Source: Acidimicrobiaceae bacterium | GTDB lineage: Bacteria; Actinomycetota; Acidimicrobiia; Acidimicrobiales; RAAP-2 | Reading direction: 5' to 3' | Assembly: GCA_947456095.1 (NCBI GenBank) | Contig: CANGPX010000001.1 | Span: 771-64,770 of the forward strand | Length of the DNA stretch: 64,000 nucleotides | Shown here: one piece after another, positions 1 through 8,038 of the stretch | Layout: the number at the start of each line of letters is the position of its first letter | Numbering within the stretch: the first letter of the stretch is position 1 | Made by a program: the position numbers and the translations under genes | The notes under the pieces: model-generated | Seen by the model: the letters and a program-made list of their open reading frames with translations, nothing else | Told to the model about the DNA's origin: nothing | Database searches by the model: none

Positions 1-701
1 GTCATCTTCAAGGGACTGATTACGTTGGATCAATGGTCGTTTTTGAAGATGGAATTCCAAAGCGAAGTGACTATCGCCATTTCCTCATCAAAACCGTTGA
101 CGGAAACGATGACTTTGCTGCGATGGCAGAAGTGCTGAAACGACGCTTGTCGCGTCTTGATGAAGACAGTGAGAACACGGGGCGTCGACGCTTTGCCTAT
201 CGTCCACAACTGCTGCTGATCGATGGGGGCAAAGGTCAACTGTCTTCAGTCATGGCTGTTCTTGATGAATTGGGACTTCGACAAGAGATTGAAGTTGCGT
301 CGCTAGCGAAGCAATTCGAAGAGGTGTATCGGCCGGGCAAGTCCCAGCCAGATCATGTGGCTCGGGGCAGTGACGCCCTGTTTTTGCTCCAAGCACTGCG
401 AGATGAAGCACATCGCTTTGCCGTGACCTTCCACCGTCAACGGCGTGGCGCCCGCATGACTGGTTCGGTGTTGGAAGAAATTCCAGGTCTCGGTCCAACT
501 CGCAGGAAACGCTTGATCGAACAGTTCGGCACGCTGCGCAACCTTCGAGAAGCCTCGAGGCAAGACTTGGCGGCACTGTCGTGGTTGCCGAGCGTCGTCG
601 CGGAGTCAGTTTTTGAACACCTTCATCAACATGAACATGAACATGAACAACATTTGAGCGACCTTGATGCACGGGACAATGCCGACCATGGGGGAGAATA
701 G
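1..701 (+). CDS. uvrC: Excinuclease ABC subunit C, C-terminal part (5' end outside window; codon phase starts at nt 3)
   Basis: Open from nt 3 to TAG at 699-701. GSMVVFEDGIPKRSDYRHF, LLLIDGGKGQL, ALRDEAHRFAVTFHRQRR and IPGLGPTRRKRLIEQFG (HhH) match the UvrC endonuclease/(HhH)2 C-terminus. rapZ follows, as in other actinobacteria. Confidence 0.9.
   Translation, partial: HLQGTDYVGSMVVFEDGIPKRSDYRHFLIKTVDGNDDFAAMAEVLKRRLSRLDEDSENTGRRRFAYRPQLLLIDGGKGQLSSVMAVLDELGLRQEIEVASLAKQFEEVYRPGKSQPDHVARGSDALFLLQALRDEAHRFAVTFHRQRRGARMTGSVLEEIPGLGPTRRKRLIEQFGTLRNLREASRQDLAALSWLPSVVAESVFEHLHQHEHEHEQHLSDLDARDNADHGGE
624..653 (+). repeat. In-frame hexanucleotide repeat: (CATGAA)x3 at 630-647 flanked by degenerate CATCAA and CAACAT units, encoding HQHEHEHEQH in the UvrC tail
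   Basis: Read directly: catcaa catgaa catgaa catgaa caacat, in the uvrC frame. Confidence 0.9.
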
Positions 702-705
702 GTCT

Positions 706-1563
706 ATGCACAGAATTTTGATTCTGACCGGCATGTCCGGGGCGGGAAGGTCAACAGCGTCTGGTGCGCTTGAAGACCTTGGCTGGTATGTCATTGACAA
801 CCTGCCCACTCCGCTCATTGTTGATGCAGCTCGCCTGGTGTGCCATCCAGCAATCAAAACTGAACGCGTTGCTTTTGTGCTCGGTCGAAGCGGTCACATC
901 CATGCCAAAGAACTTGAAGAAGTGCTCCGACGACTCGAGGGTGACTACCTTGTGAGTTTGCTGTTCCTCGATGCCGATGATGACGTCTTAGTGCGACGCT
1001 ATGAAGGTACCCGAAGGCGTCATCCACATTCTCTTGTTGGCGTGGTTGAAGCAATCGCTGAAGAACGCTTCGCGCTTGAAGGGGTACGAGAGAGCGCCAC
1101 GGTCATTTTGGACACGACAGAACTGAATTCAAACCAGTTGCGTTTGCGGATGCGTGACCTGTTCGAAGAAGACTCAGCACCTGCATCGATGCGGACCTCA
1201 ATTACTTCTTTTGGCTTCAAGCATGGAATACCGCTTGACGTTGACCTCGTGTTCGATGTTCGCTTCCTGCCAAACCCACACTGGGAGCCAGCGCTTCGTC
1301 CCGAGAGTGGACTGCACAAAGACGTAGCGCAGTTTGTCTTTGCCAGTGATGAAACCGAAGCCTTTATGGAGCAACTGCGAACAATGCTGGCACTGCTGAT
1401 TCCGGCGTACACCAGAGAAGGCAAGTCCTATCTCACCGTCGCTATTGGCTGCACCGGTGGTCGGCATCGTTCTGTTGCGGTGGCTGAAGCGCTGGCGAAA
1501 CAGATCGTGGGCGAACATCTGGTCTCAACGGTCAATGTTTTTCATCGCGACATTGACCGATGA
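706..1563 (+). CDS. rapZ: RNase adapter / nucleotide-binding protein RapZ (YvcJ family)
   Basis: P-loop ILTGMSGAGRSTA right after the ATG at 706. GGGGAGAA Shine-Dalgarno 9 nt upstream. C-terminal IGCTGGRHRSV motif. The ORF-track start at 664 would overlap uvrC. Confidence 0.9.
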   Translation: MHRILILTGMSGAGRSTASGALEDLGWYVIDNLPTPLIVDAARLVCHPAIKTERVAFVLGRSGHIHAKELEEVLRRLEGDYLVSLLFLDADDDVLVRRYEGTRRRHPHSLVGVVEAIAEERFALEGVRESATVILDTTELNSNQLRLRMRDLFEEDSAPASMRTSITSFGFKHGIPLDVDLVFDVRFLPNPHWEPALRPESGLHKDVAQFVFASDETEAFMEQLRTMLALLIPAYTREGKSYLTVAIGCTGGRHRSVAVAEALAKQIVGEHLVSTVNVFHRDIDR

Positions 1564-2423
1564 AGGGTCCAAAGGTCGTTGTTTTCGGCGGTGGCCACGG
1601 TGCTGCATCAGTGCTGCGAGCTGTGAGGGATTATGCCGGCAAAGTCACCGGTGTGGTCACGGTGGCCGACGACGGAGGGTCGTCGGGAAGGTTGCGAAAT
1701 GCACTTGACGTTGTGGCTGTTGGCGATCTTCGTCGCTGCCTCGTTGCTCTTGCTGCCCCAGGTGGCCCGTGGGATGAACTCTTCGAACATCGTTTTTCAG
1801 CTGGGACGCTTGAGGGTCATGCCGTTGGCAATCTTGTTCTTGCTGGACTTATTGAACTCCATGGCGATCTGGTCGCGGCGCTTGATGCTGCAGCCAACAT
1901 GCTCGGGTGCGTCGGTCGAATTCTGCCGTCGACGAGCGAGCCAGTGGTGCTTCGAGCGCAAACTGATGATGGGGAAGTGGTTGGACAAAGTGCCATCACG
2001 TGCAGGGCTGATATTCATGGAGTGAGTTTGGAACCAGCAACCCCCTGTGTTCCCGAAGAGGTTCTGCGGGCAATTTCTGAGGCGGAGCAGATTGTCCTCG
2101 GCCCCGGCTCACTGTTCACCTCGCTGTTGGCATCGTTGATCCCACCTCGCATTGTCGAAGCCGTTGATGCGTCGCCAGCGCGAAAGATTTACGTGGCGAA
2201 TTTACGAGAGCAAATCCCTGAAACTCTGGGTCGCACGCTTGGTCAACATGTCTCGGCACTCAACATTCATGGCGTCCATCCCGACGTCGTGGTGTTTGAT
2301 CCAAGTCTTGGATTGCAACGCGGTCAGGTTGATATTGAGGTGGTCGAAGCAGCACTTTCCTTCAATGCTCGACCAATGCACGACCCAACCCGTCTTGCGG
2401 CGGTAATGTCCACCCTGGCGTAG
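1560..2423 (+). CDS. yvcK: YvcK/CofD-like gluconeogenesis factor (UPF0052)
   Basis: VVVFGGGHGAASVLRAV...VTVADDGGSSGRLR...GDLRRCLVALA are hallmark YvcK motifs. ATGA overlap with the rapZ stop. Confidence 0.85.
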   Translation: MKGPKVVVFGGGHGAASVLRAVRDYAGKVTGVVTVADDGGSSGRLRNALDVVAVGDLRRCLVALAAPGGPWDELFEHRFSAGTLEGHAVGNLVLAGLIELHGDLVAALDAAANMLGCVGRILPSTSEPVVLRAQTDDGEVVGQSAITCRADIHGVSLEPATPCVPEEVLRAISEAEQIVLGPGSLFTSLLASLIPPRIVEAVDASPARKIYVANLREQIPETLGRTLGQHVSALNIHGVHPDVVVFDPSLGLQRGQVDIEVVEAALSFNARPMHDPTRLAAVMSTLA

Positions 2424-2450
2424 AGCGCGCCAGGATTTTGAGGAGGCAAC

Positions 2451-3467
2451 GTGACGGTTCGAGTCGGCATCAATGGATTTGGTCGTATTGGTCGCAACTT
2501 CGTGCGAGCTGTCGCAGCAAGTGGTGCTGATGTTGAAGTCGTTGCGATCAATGACTTGACGTCATCAAAAACGCTTGCGCACCTCCTTCGCTACGACTCC
2601 TCCCAGGGTCGCTTTACTGGAACCGTCGAAGTTGCTGATGATGCCATCATTGTCAACGGCAAGCGCATTGCCGTGTTCGCCGAGCGCGATCCTGGTTCTT
2701 TGAACTGGGCATCAGTTGGTGCTGATGTTGTGGTCGAGTCAACTGGTTTGTTTACGGCAAGAGAAAAAGCAGCACTGCACCTCAACGGTGGGGCAAAAAA
2801 GGTCATTGTCTCGGCTCCGGCCACCGAGGTTGACGCCACCTTTGTCGTTGGCGTGAACGACGATACCTACGACGCTGCCAAGCACACGATTGTGTCGAAC
2901 GCTTCGTGCACCACCAACTGTTTCGTGCCAATGGTGAAGGTGTTGGATGACTCCTTCGGCATCATCAGCGGCCTCATGACGACCGTTCACGCCTACACGA
3001 ACGACCAGAACTTGCTTGACCTGGCCCATAGTGATCTCCGTCGTGCCCGTGCGGCAGCGGTCAACATTGTGCCGAGCTCGACCGGTGCAGCCCGAGCAAC
3101 CAGCCTCGTGCTTGAGTCAATGAAGGGCAAGCTTGATGGCACGTCACTTCGTGTGCCGGTTCCCGTTGGCTCAATCACCGACTTCACTGCAGTCGTCAAC
3201 GGCCACCCAAGTGTTGATGAAGTGAATGCTGCCTACGCAGCTGCGGCAAAGACTGAGCGTCTTGGCAAAGTGCTGGTCTACACCGAGGAGCCCATTGTTT
3301 CTGAAGACATTGTCTCGTCGCCAGCTTCGTGCACCTTTGACGCTGGGCTCACCATGGTTCAGCGCATTGATGACGCCACGTCGCTCGTGAAGGTCCTTGG
3401 TTGGTATGACAACGAGTGGGGTTACTCCAACCGTCTCGTCGACCTCTGCCTCCTCGTCGGCGCATGA
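2451..3467 (+). CDS. gap: Glyceraldehyde-3-phosphate dehydrogenase
   Basis: GTG start preceded by GAGGAGG. INGFGRIGRNF Rossmann motif and the active-site SNASCTTNC. Confidence 0.95.
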   Translation: MTVRVGINGFGRIGRNFVRAVAASGADVEVVAINDLTSSKTLAHLLRYDSSQGRFTGTVEVADDAIIVNGKRIAVFAERDPGSLNWASVGADVVVESTGLFTAREKAALHLNGGAKKVIVSAPATEVDATFVVGVNDDTYDAAKHTIVSNASCTTNCFVPMVKVLDDSFGIISGLMTTVHAYTNDQNLLDLAHSDLRRARAAAVNIVPSSTGAARATSLVLESMKGKLDGTSLRVPVPVGSITDFTAVVNGHPSVDEVNAAYAAAAKTERLGKVLVYTEEPIVSEDIVSSPASCTFDAGLTMVQRIDDATSLVKVLGWYDNEWGYSNRLVDLCLLVGA

Positions 3468-4654
3468 CGGCTGCAGATGGTCGAAGTGCAGCTCTCGCCG
3501 GCCTCCCGCTGCTCGAAGATCTTGGAGATCTGAAGGGCAAGAGAGTGCTTGTTAGGGCTGACTTCAACGTCCCGCTTGCCGAGCGTGATGGCAAGCGAGT
3601 TGTGGTCGATGATTTTCGTATTGTCGCAACGCTGCCAACCCTTGAGTATCTCCTCGCCGGTGGCGCAGAGGTTTCAGTGTGTTCGCACCTTGGCAGACCA
3701 AATGGCACTGCCGACCCGCGCTACTCAATGGCACCAGTCGCTGAAACCTTGGCCACGATGTTGCCGTCGGTGAAGGTCCTTGAGAACGTGAGGTTTCATC
3801 CAGGTGAAGAGTCCTGTGATGACGCTGCGGTGGAGGCCCTCGTCAATGATTTTGAGTTCTTCGTCAATGACGCCTTTGGTTCGTCACACCGCAATCACGC
3901 ATCGGTGACCGGAGTGGCCAGGCACTTGCCGTCGGCCGCTGGTCGGCTCGTGCAGCGTGAAGTTGAAGTCCTCGGTGGCCTGCTTCACCAACCGGCAAGT
4001 CCTTTTGTCGCCATTGTCGGAGGCGCCAAGGTGGCCGACAAGCTCGGCATCTTGATGACCCTCGCCGACAAAGTCGACACGCTGATTGTTGGGGGAGCCA
4101 TGGCTTTCACCTTCCTCGCCGCCCAAGGTCATTCCATTGGCGCATCACTGGTCGACCCCTCAAAGCTCGACGCTTGCCGAGAACTCCTCAGTCGCGAGGT
4201 GGAGATTCTCCTGCCAAATGATGTGATTGGCTTGGAGCCAGGTGGCGAGTTTGGGCCACAGTTCAATGGAACGAACCCGCAAACAGCGGTTGAAACCTTT
4301 GGTGAGAACCTTCCCGAGGGCTGGATTGGACTCGACGTAGGTCCAAAGAGCGTGGCCCGCTTCGCCGAACGGATTGCTAGCGCTTCGACCATCTTATGGA
4401 ATGGCCCGGTTGGAGCATTTGAAGATGAACGATTTGCTGCCGGAACTCTTGGCGTGGCTCAGGCAGTTGCAGCAAGTGATGGCTTCAGCGTCATTGGCGG
4501 CGGCGACAGCGCCATGGCCCTCAATGAAGCTGGGTTGTCGGACCAAATTTCGTTCATGTCAACCGGTGGTGGCGCAAGCTTGGAGTTCATTGAACTCGGC
4601 GACCTCCCCGGACTCGCAGCGCTTCGCGCTGCGTCGAACGCACCAGGAAGGTAG
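3464..4654 (+). CDS. pgk: Phosphoglycerate kinase
   Basis: ATGA overlap with the gap stop. [24 protein letters not shown] and [10 protein letters not shown] motifs. The upstream part of the ORF (3416-3463) lies inside gap. Confidence 0.95.
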   Translation: MTAADGRSAALAGLPLLEDLGDLKGKRVLVRADFNVPLAERDGKRVVVDDFRIVATLPTLEYLLAGGAEVSVCSHLGRPNGTADPRYSMAPVAETLATMLPSVKVLENVRFHPGEESCDDAAVEALVNDFEFFVNDAFGSSHRNHASVTGVARHLPSAAGRLVQREVEVLGGLLHQPASPFVAIVGGAKVADKLGILMTLADKVDTLIVGGAMAFTFLAAQGHSIGASLVDPSKLDACRELLSREVEILLPNDVIGLEPGGEFGPQFNGTNPQTAVETFGENLPEGWIGLDVGPKSVARFAERIASASTILWNGPVGAFEDERFAAGTLGVAQAVAASDGFSVIGGGDSAMALNEAGLSDQISFMSTGGGASLEFIELGDLPGLAALRAASNAPGR

Positions 4655-4656
4655 TC

Positions 4657-5439
4657 ATGTCACGTACTGCGCTCATCGCAGGAAATTGGAAGCTGCACAA
4701 AGATCACCAAGAAGCGATTCACCTGGTCAGCGATCTTGGTCTTCGCTTGAAGCAGTTGGAGCTTGGGGCCGTAGAAGTTGCGGTGCACCCGCCATTTACG
4801 GACCTGCGCACCGTGCAGAGCATCGTTGAAGGTGACAAGTTGCCAATCAGTCTCGGTGCTCAACACGTCAGCCATCATGAAAAAGGCGCCTTCACGGGCG
4901 AAGTCAGTGTCGCGATGCTGGCAAAGTTGCAAACGCGTTACGTGCTTGTTGGTCACTCTGAGCGTCGAACCCTGTTCGCAATGGACGATGCAACGGTTCA
5001 AGCAACTGCAAAGGCAGTCATTCAGGCGGGAATGGTTGCGGTGATCTGCGTTGGTGAATCAGCCGAAGAGCGCGAAGCAGGCCAGACCAATGACGTACTG
5101 TCGCGTCAAGTTCTCGCTGCGCTCAGCGGTCTGCCCAACAATGCCGCTGACGCCATTGTTTTGGCCTATGAGCCAGTGTGGGCGATTGGAAGTGGTGCTG
5201 CAGCAACTGCTGAAGATGCACAACTTGCAGCCAACCACCTCCGAGGTGTTGTGGCCTCGGTTTTGGGGACGGCTTCAGCCAATGAAGTTCGGGTTCTTTA
5301 TGGGGGCTCAGTTCAACCCGGAAATACCGAGGAGTTGCTTCGTGGCGAAGACGTTGATGGAGTGCTCGTTGGCGGAGCAAGTTTAGATGCAGCAACCTTT
5401 TCCGAGATAGTGGCCGCCGCAGTGCGGTGCTACGGTTGA
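4657..5439 (+). CDS. tpiA: Triosephosphate isomerase
   Basis: [26 protein letters not shown] and YGGSV motifs. Confidence 0.95.
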   Translation: MSRTALIAGNWKLHKDHQEAIHLVSDLGLRLKQLELGAVEVAVHPPFTDLRTVQSIVEGDKLPISLGAQHVSHHEKGAFTGEVSVAMLAKLQTRYVLVGHSERRTLFAMDDATVQATAKAVIQAGMVAVICVGESAEEREAGQTNDVLSRQVLAALSGLPNNAADAIVLAYEPVWAIGSGAAATAEDAQLAANHLRGVVASVLGTASANEVRVLYGGSVQPGNTEELLRGEDVDGVLVGGASLDAATFSEIVAAAVRCYG

Positions 5440-5463
5440 GGCTTCACGGACGAAGGAACTCGC

Positions 5464-5691
5464 GTGCTGGTCGTTTATCTCATCATTGAAGTTATTACCG
5501 CCCTTGCGCTGATTCTGCTGGTGTTGTTGCACAGCGGGAAAGGTGGTGGACTTTCCGACATGTTCGGAGGATCAGTTGGTGCAGCAGCACAGGGCTCAAC
5601 TGTTGTCGAGAAGAATCTCGACCGCATCACCGTGGCCGTAGCCCTCATTTTCTTCTTCACCACGGTCACCTTGGATCTCAGGCTGCAGTGA
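5464..5691 (+). CDS. secG: Preprotein translocase subunit SecG
   Basis: 75 aa with two TM helices and the HSGKGGGLSDMFGG motif. Occupies the canonical position after tpiA. Confidence 0.85.
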   Translation: MLVVYLIIEVITALALILLVLLHSGKGGGLSDMFGGSVGAAAQGSTVVEKNLDRITVAVALIFFFTTVTLDLRLQ

Positions 5692-7409
5692 GGGTCACGG
5701 TGGCCAATCGCCACCTTCCAGCAAAACTCTTTGCGACGCTTGCGGCAGTAGGGCTCTTGAGCGCTGGCTGTGGGTCGACCACAAAACAGCCTCAGCGTCT
5801 TGTCTCAGCTGTTGGTGGGACTGCTGTGGTGGCAACAGTGAGCGAACCAGCAGATTGCTGGCCACTTCGCCCGGCAAGTCTGAATGCAATGAGCACGCTT
5901 GTGCATTCTGCCGTGTTGCCGAGCGCCTTCGTTGTGAATGAACAAGGAATTTGGTCCCTCAATCGGTCACTGTTTACCCAAGTTGAGTTGTCGAGTACTG
6001 ACCCACAGATTGTCATCTACACCCTCAATCCTTCGGCGGTTTGGGCAAATGGGGTCTCAATTACTGCAGCTGATTTAATTGCGAACTGGCGCGCGGGGAT
6101 GACGACCAGTCTGCCAACCGCACTTGGCTATCAAGCAATTGCCTCACTCGTGCCAAGTGCGCATCCCGGACTCGTCGTTGCGAGGTTTTCCAAGCCCTAT
6201 GCGGACTGGAGAACACTCTTTTCAGACCTGCTCCCAGCGACTGTTCTCGCCAAAGGTCCAAAAGGCTGCACGCTGCCAAATTCATCTATTGATGTGTCTG
6301 GTGGCCCTTTCGTGATTCAGCGGTCCAATAAGGAAGAAGTGCAACTGGTGAGAAACCCACGATGGTGGGGGACTCCAGTGGCGCTTGACCGCTTGGTCAT
6401 CCGACGGGCTGTTTCTGCGACGACGGCAATTGAATGGGTGGTTCATGACCGAGCCCAGGTAACAAGCGTGTCGAACTTCAGCACGCAAGACGTACTGCGT
6501 GCCTCGCAGTCTCAGCGAACAACAGTTTCAGTTGGACAAAGCGCCGCCATGGTGCATCTTGTCCCCAATTTGAACAGTGGGGCGCTTGCCCAGCTGCCGA
6601 TTCGACAACTTGTCTCGGCTGCTTTGAATCGAGCTTCGCTCGGGCAAGCGATTATTGGGCAGTCGAGCACCAACGTTGGGGTGCTGACCAGTGCTCTGTT
6701 CGCTGGACTTTCTTCCAATGAAAGCGGTTTTGATCAAGATCCTCCAACAAAGCCAACACCGGTTAACCCACTCGACCCAGCCATTGCGGCAGCGGTTGGG
6801 TCGATTGGGTATTCCTTTCACGATGGCCATTGGGTGGACAAGGCGGGAAGACCCCTGACGCTCCACCTGGGCTTTGACCAGTCGATGCCCTATGCCCGAA
6901 CGTTTGCTCTGACGCTGTTCTCGCAACTCAAAGCAGCCGGAATTGCAAGTGTTTTCCATGAACAGGTGGGAAACAATGGAGCCGCCCGCGCGGTGATGGC
7001 AGGAAGAATTGACGCTGCGCTTGTTGTTCGCATCGCCCCTCAGGCACCAAGTCAAGAAGCACCATGGTTCGTCCTTCCAGCCCCCCTTCAGGCAAGTGTT
7101 GCCAATCCGGGTGGGTATGACAATGCTAAGGTGAGTGCGCTTTTCGCCAAGGCATCTGGACAACTCAATCCGGTAGATGCGGCTGATGCCTATGGCGCAA
7201 TCGACAGCCAAATTGCCACTGACGTTGCTTCGATTCCATTGGTGTCACTGCCAAACCTTCAAGTGTGGCGAACACGCCTTCGCGGCGTCACCGTGTTTCC
7301 GTTTGGCGGATCGCTTACCCAAGGTGCTGACCGCTGGGCCATCGCGATCCCTCAAGTAGCTGGCCAATCGTTCAGCCCGAAAGTCGCTCCTACCAAGGTG
7401 GCGAACTAG
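5688..7409 (+). CDS. Family-5 (peptide/nickel type) solute-binding-protein-like lipoprotein, orphan
   Basis: Signal peptide plus lipobox LLSAGC. Length and overall pattern fit a cluster-C/family-5 SBP. GTGA overlap with the secG stop. No permease or ATPase genes nearby. Confidence 0.7.
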   Translation: MRVTVANRHLPAKLFATLAAVGLLSAGCGSTTKQPQRLVSAVGGTAVVATVSEPADCWPLRPASLNAMSTLVHSAVLPSAFVVNEQGIWSLNRSLFTQVELSSTDPQIVIYTLNPSAVWANGVSITAADLIANWRAGMTTSLPTALGYQAIASLVPSAHPGLVVARFSKPYADWRTLFSDLLPATVLAKGPKGCTLPNSSIDVSGGPFVIQRSNKEEVQLVRNPRWWGTPVALDRLVIRRAVSATTAIEWVVHDRAQVTSVSNFSTQDVLRASQSQRTTVSVGQSAAMVHLVPNLNSGALAQLPIRQLVSAALNRASLGQAIIGQSSTNVGVLTSALFAGLSSNESGFDQDPPTKPTPVNPLDPAIAAAVGSIGYSFHDGHWVDKAGRPLTLHLGFDQSMPYARTFALTLFSQLKAAGIASVFHEQVGNNGAARAVMAGRIDAALVVRIAPQAPSQEAPWFVLPAPLQASVANPGGYDNAKVSALFAKASGQLNPVDAADAYGAIDSQIATDVASIPLVSLPNLQVWRTRLRGVTVFPFGGSLTQGADRWAIAIPQVAGQSFSPKVAPTKVAN

Positions 7410-7470
7410 CAGGAACTTGACTGCGGTGGGGTTTGCTAGAGTTTCGCTCTGCGGTTGAAAGATCGTGCCA

Positions 7471-7554
7471 GTCGAAGTGGCGGAATAGGCAGACGCGCTA
7501 GCTTGAGGGGCTAGTGCCCGTAAGGGCGTGGGGGTTCAAGTCCCCCCTTCGACA
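7471..7554 (+). tRNA. tRNA-Leu (anticodon GAG), type II with long variable arm; CCA not encoded
   Basis: Folded by hand. Acceptor GTCGAAG/CTTCGAC (7 bp). Anticodon stem CTAGC/GCTAG with loop TTGAGGG. Variable arm GCCC-GTAA-GGGC. T arm GGGGG-TTCAAGT-CCCCC. Discriminator A. Confidence 0.9.
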
Positions 7555-7886
7555 CGATTATTCTGCAGCGAGATCCCGTTGACCAGAGGGTCACCGAAGA
7601 AGAACAAGTAGTTCAGTGGCACCTTGGTTGTTTTGGGGCCTCTGGGCTTTGGCCGTTGCACCTCGAAGTAATTCCTCGGCTGGTGAGGCATTCTCTGAAT
7701 TGCCCTGAGTAAACCTCTCAGCAGTCGAACGCATGCTGTGCCGACAAGCTCTTGGCGACATTTCAGTCAAGATAGGGACTTCGCTCAAATCAGAGGTAGA
7801 GATTTTTAAGCCCTTTCGAAAGGTTTGCCCTCTCTGGGGCAAGCTTCGACAGATCCCGGACTTCTTCACTGCTCGACCCGTTGAGT

Positions 7887-7910
7887 TTTTCCTGCTCACA
7901 AGCAGGAAAA
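7887..7910. repeat. Perfect 10-bp inverted repeat with 4-nt loop (TTTTCCTGCT-CACA-AGCAGGAAAA), 129 nt upstream of the surface-protein start
   Basis: Base-paired by hand: 7887-7896 pairs with 7901-7910. No U-tract follows on either strand, so it is not a canonical intrinsic terminator. Confidence 0.6.
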
Positions 7911-8038
7911 CTTGAATGCTCATTCAACTCAGCGAAAATTCATGGCGAATTCAGTGCACTGGCTGCGACTTTTACCGGCTGCGTTGCAAAATCTCAACGA
8001 ATTTCCACTAGTCTGTCAAAGACCCTTAGGGGTTCGCT

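Noticed and set aside
3416-3463. Upstream ATGs of pgk (3416), cmk (30787), the M50 protease (24102) and nadK (18541) given by the ORF track
   Set aside because: Each extension lies inside the preceding well-supported gene (or, for nadK, adds a Cys/Trp-rich non-conserved peptide). Downstream starts with ATGA/GTG coupling give canonical N-termini.
6528-7211. 227-aa antisense ORF inside the SBP-like lipoprotein gene
   Set aside because: Shadow ORF with no domain features. The sense frame has a lipobox and an SBP-like sequence.
7417-7442. TTGACT ... TAGAGT promoter-like hexamers upstream of tRNA-Leu
   Set aside because: The spacer between the hexamers is only 14 nt, shorter than the usual 16-19 nt, so I did not call a promoter.
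7591-7923. 110-aa minus-strand ORF and 97-aa plus-strand ORF (7881-8174) in the tRNA-Leu / surface-protein spacer
   Set aside because: Their translations are Arg/Ser/Cys-rich with no domain or signal features, no plausible RBS, and they overlap each other. They are probably non-coding.
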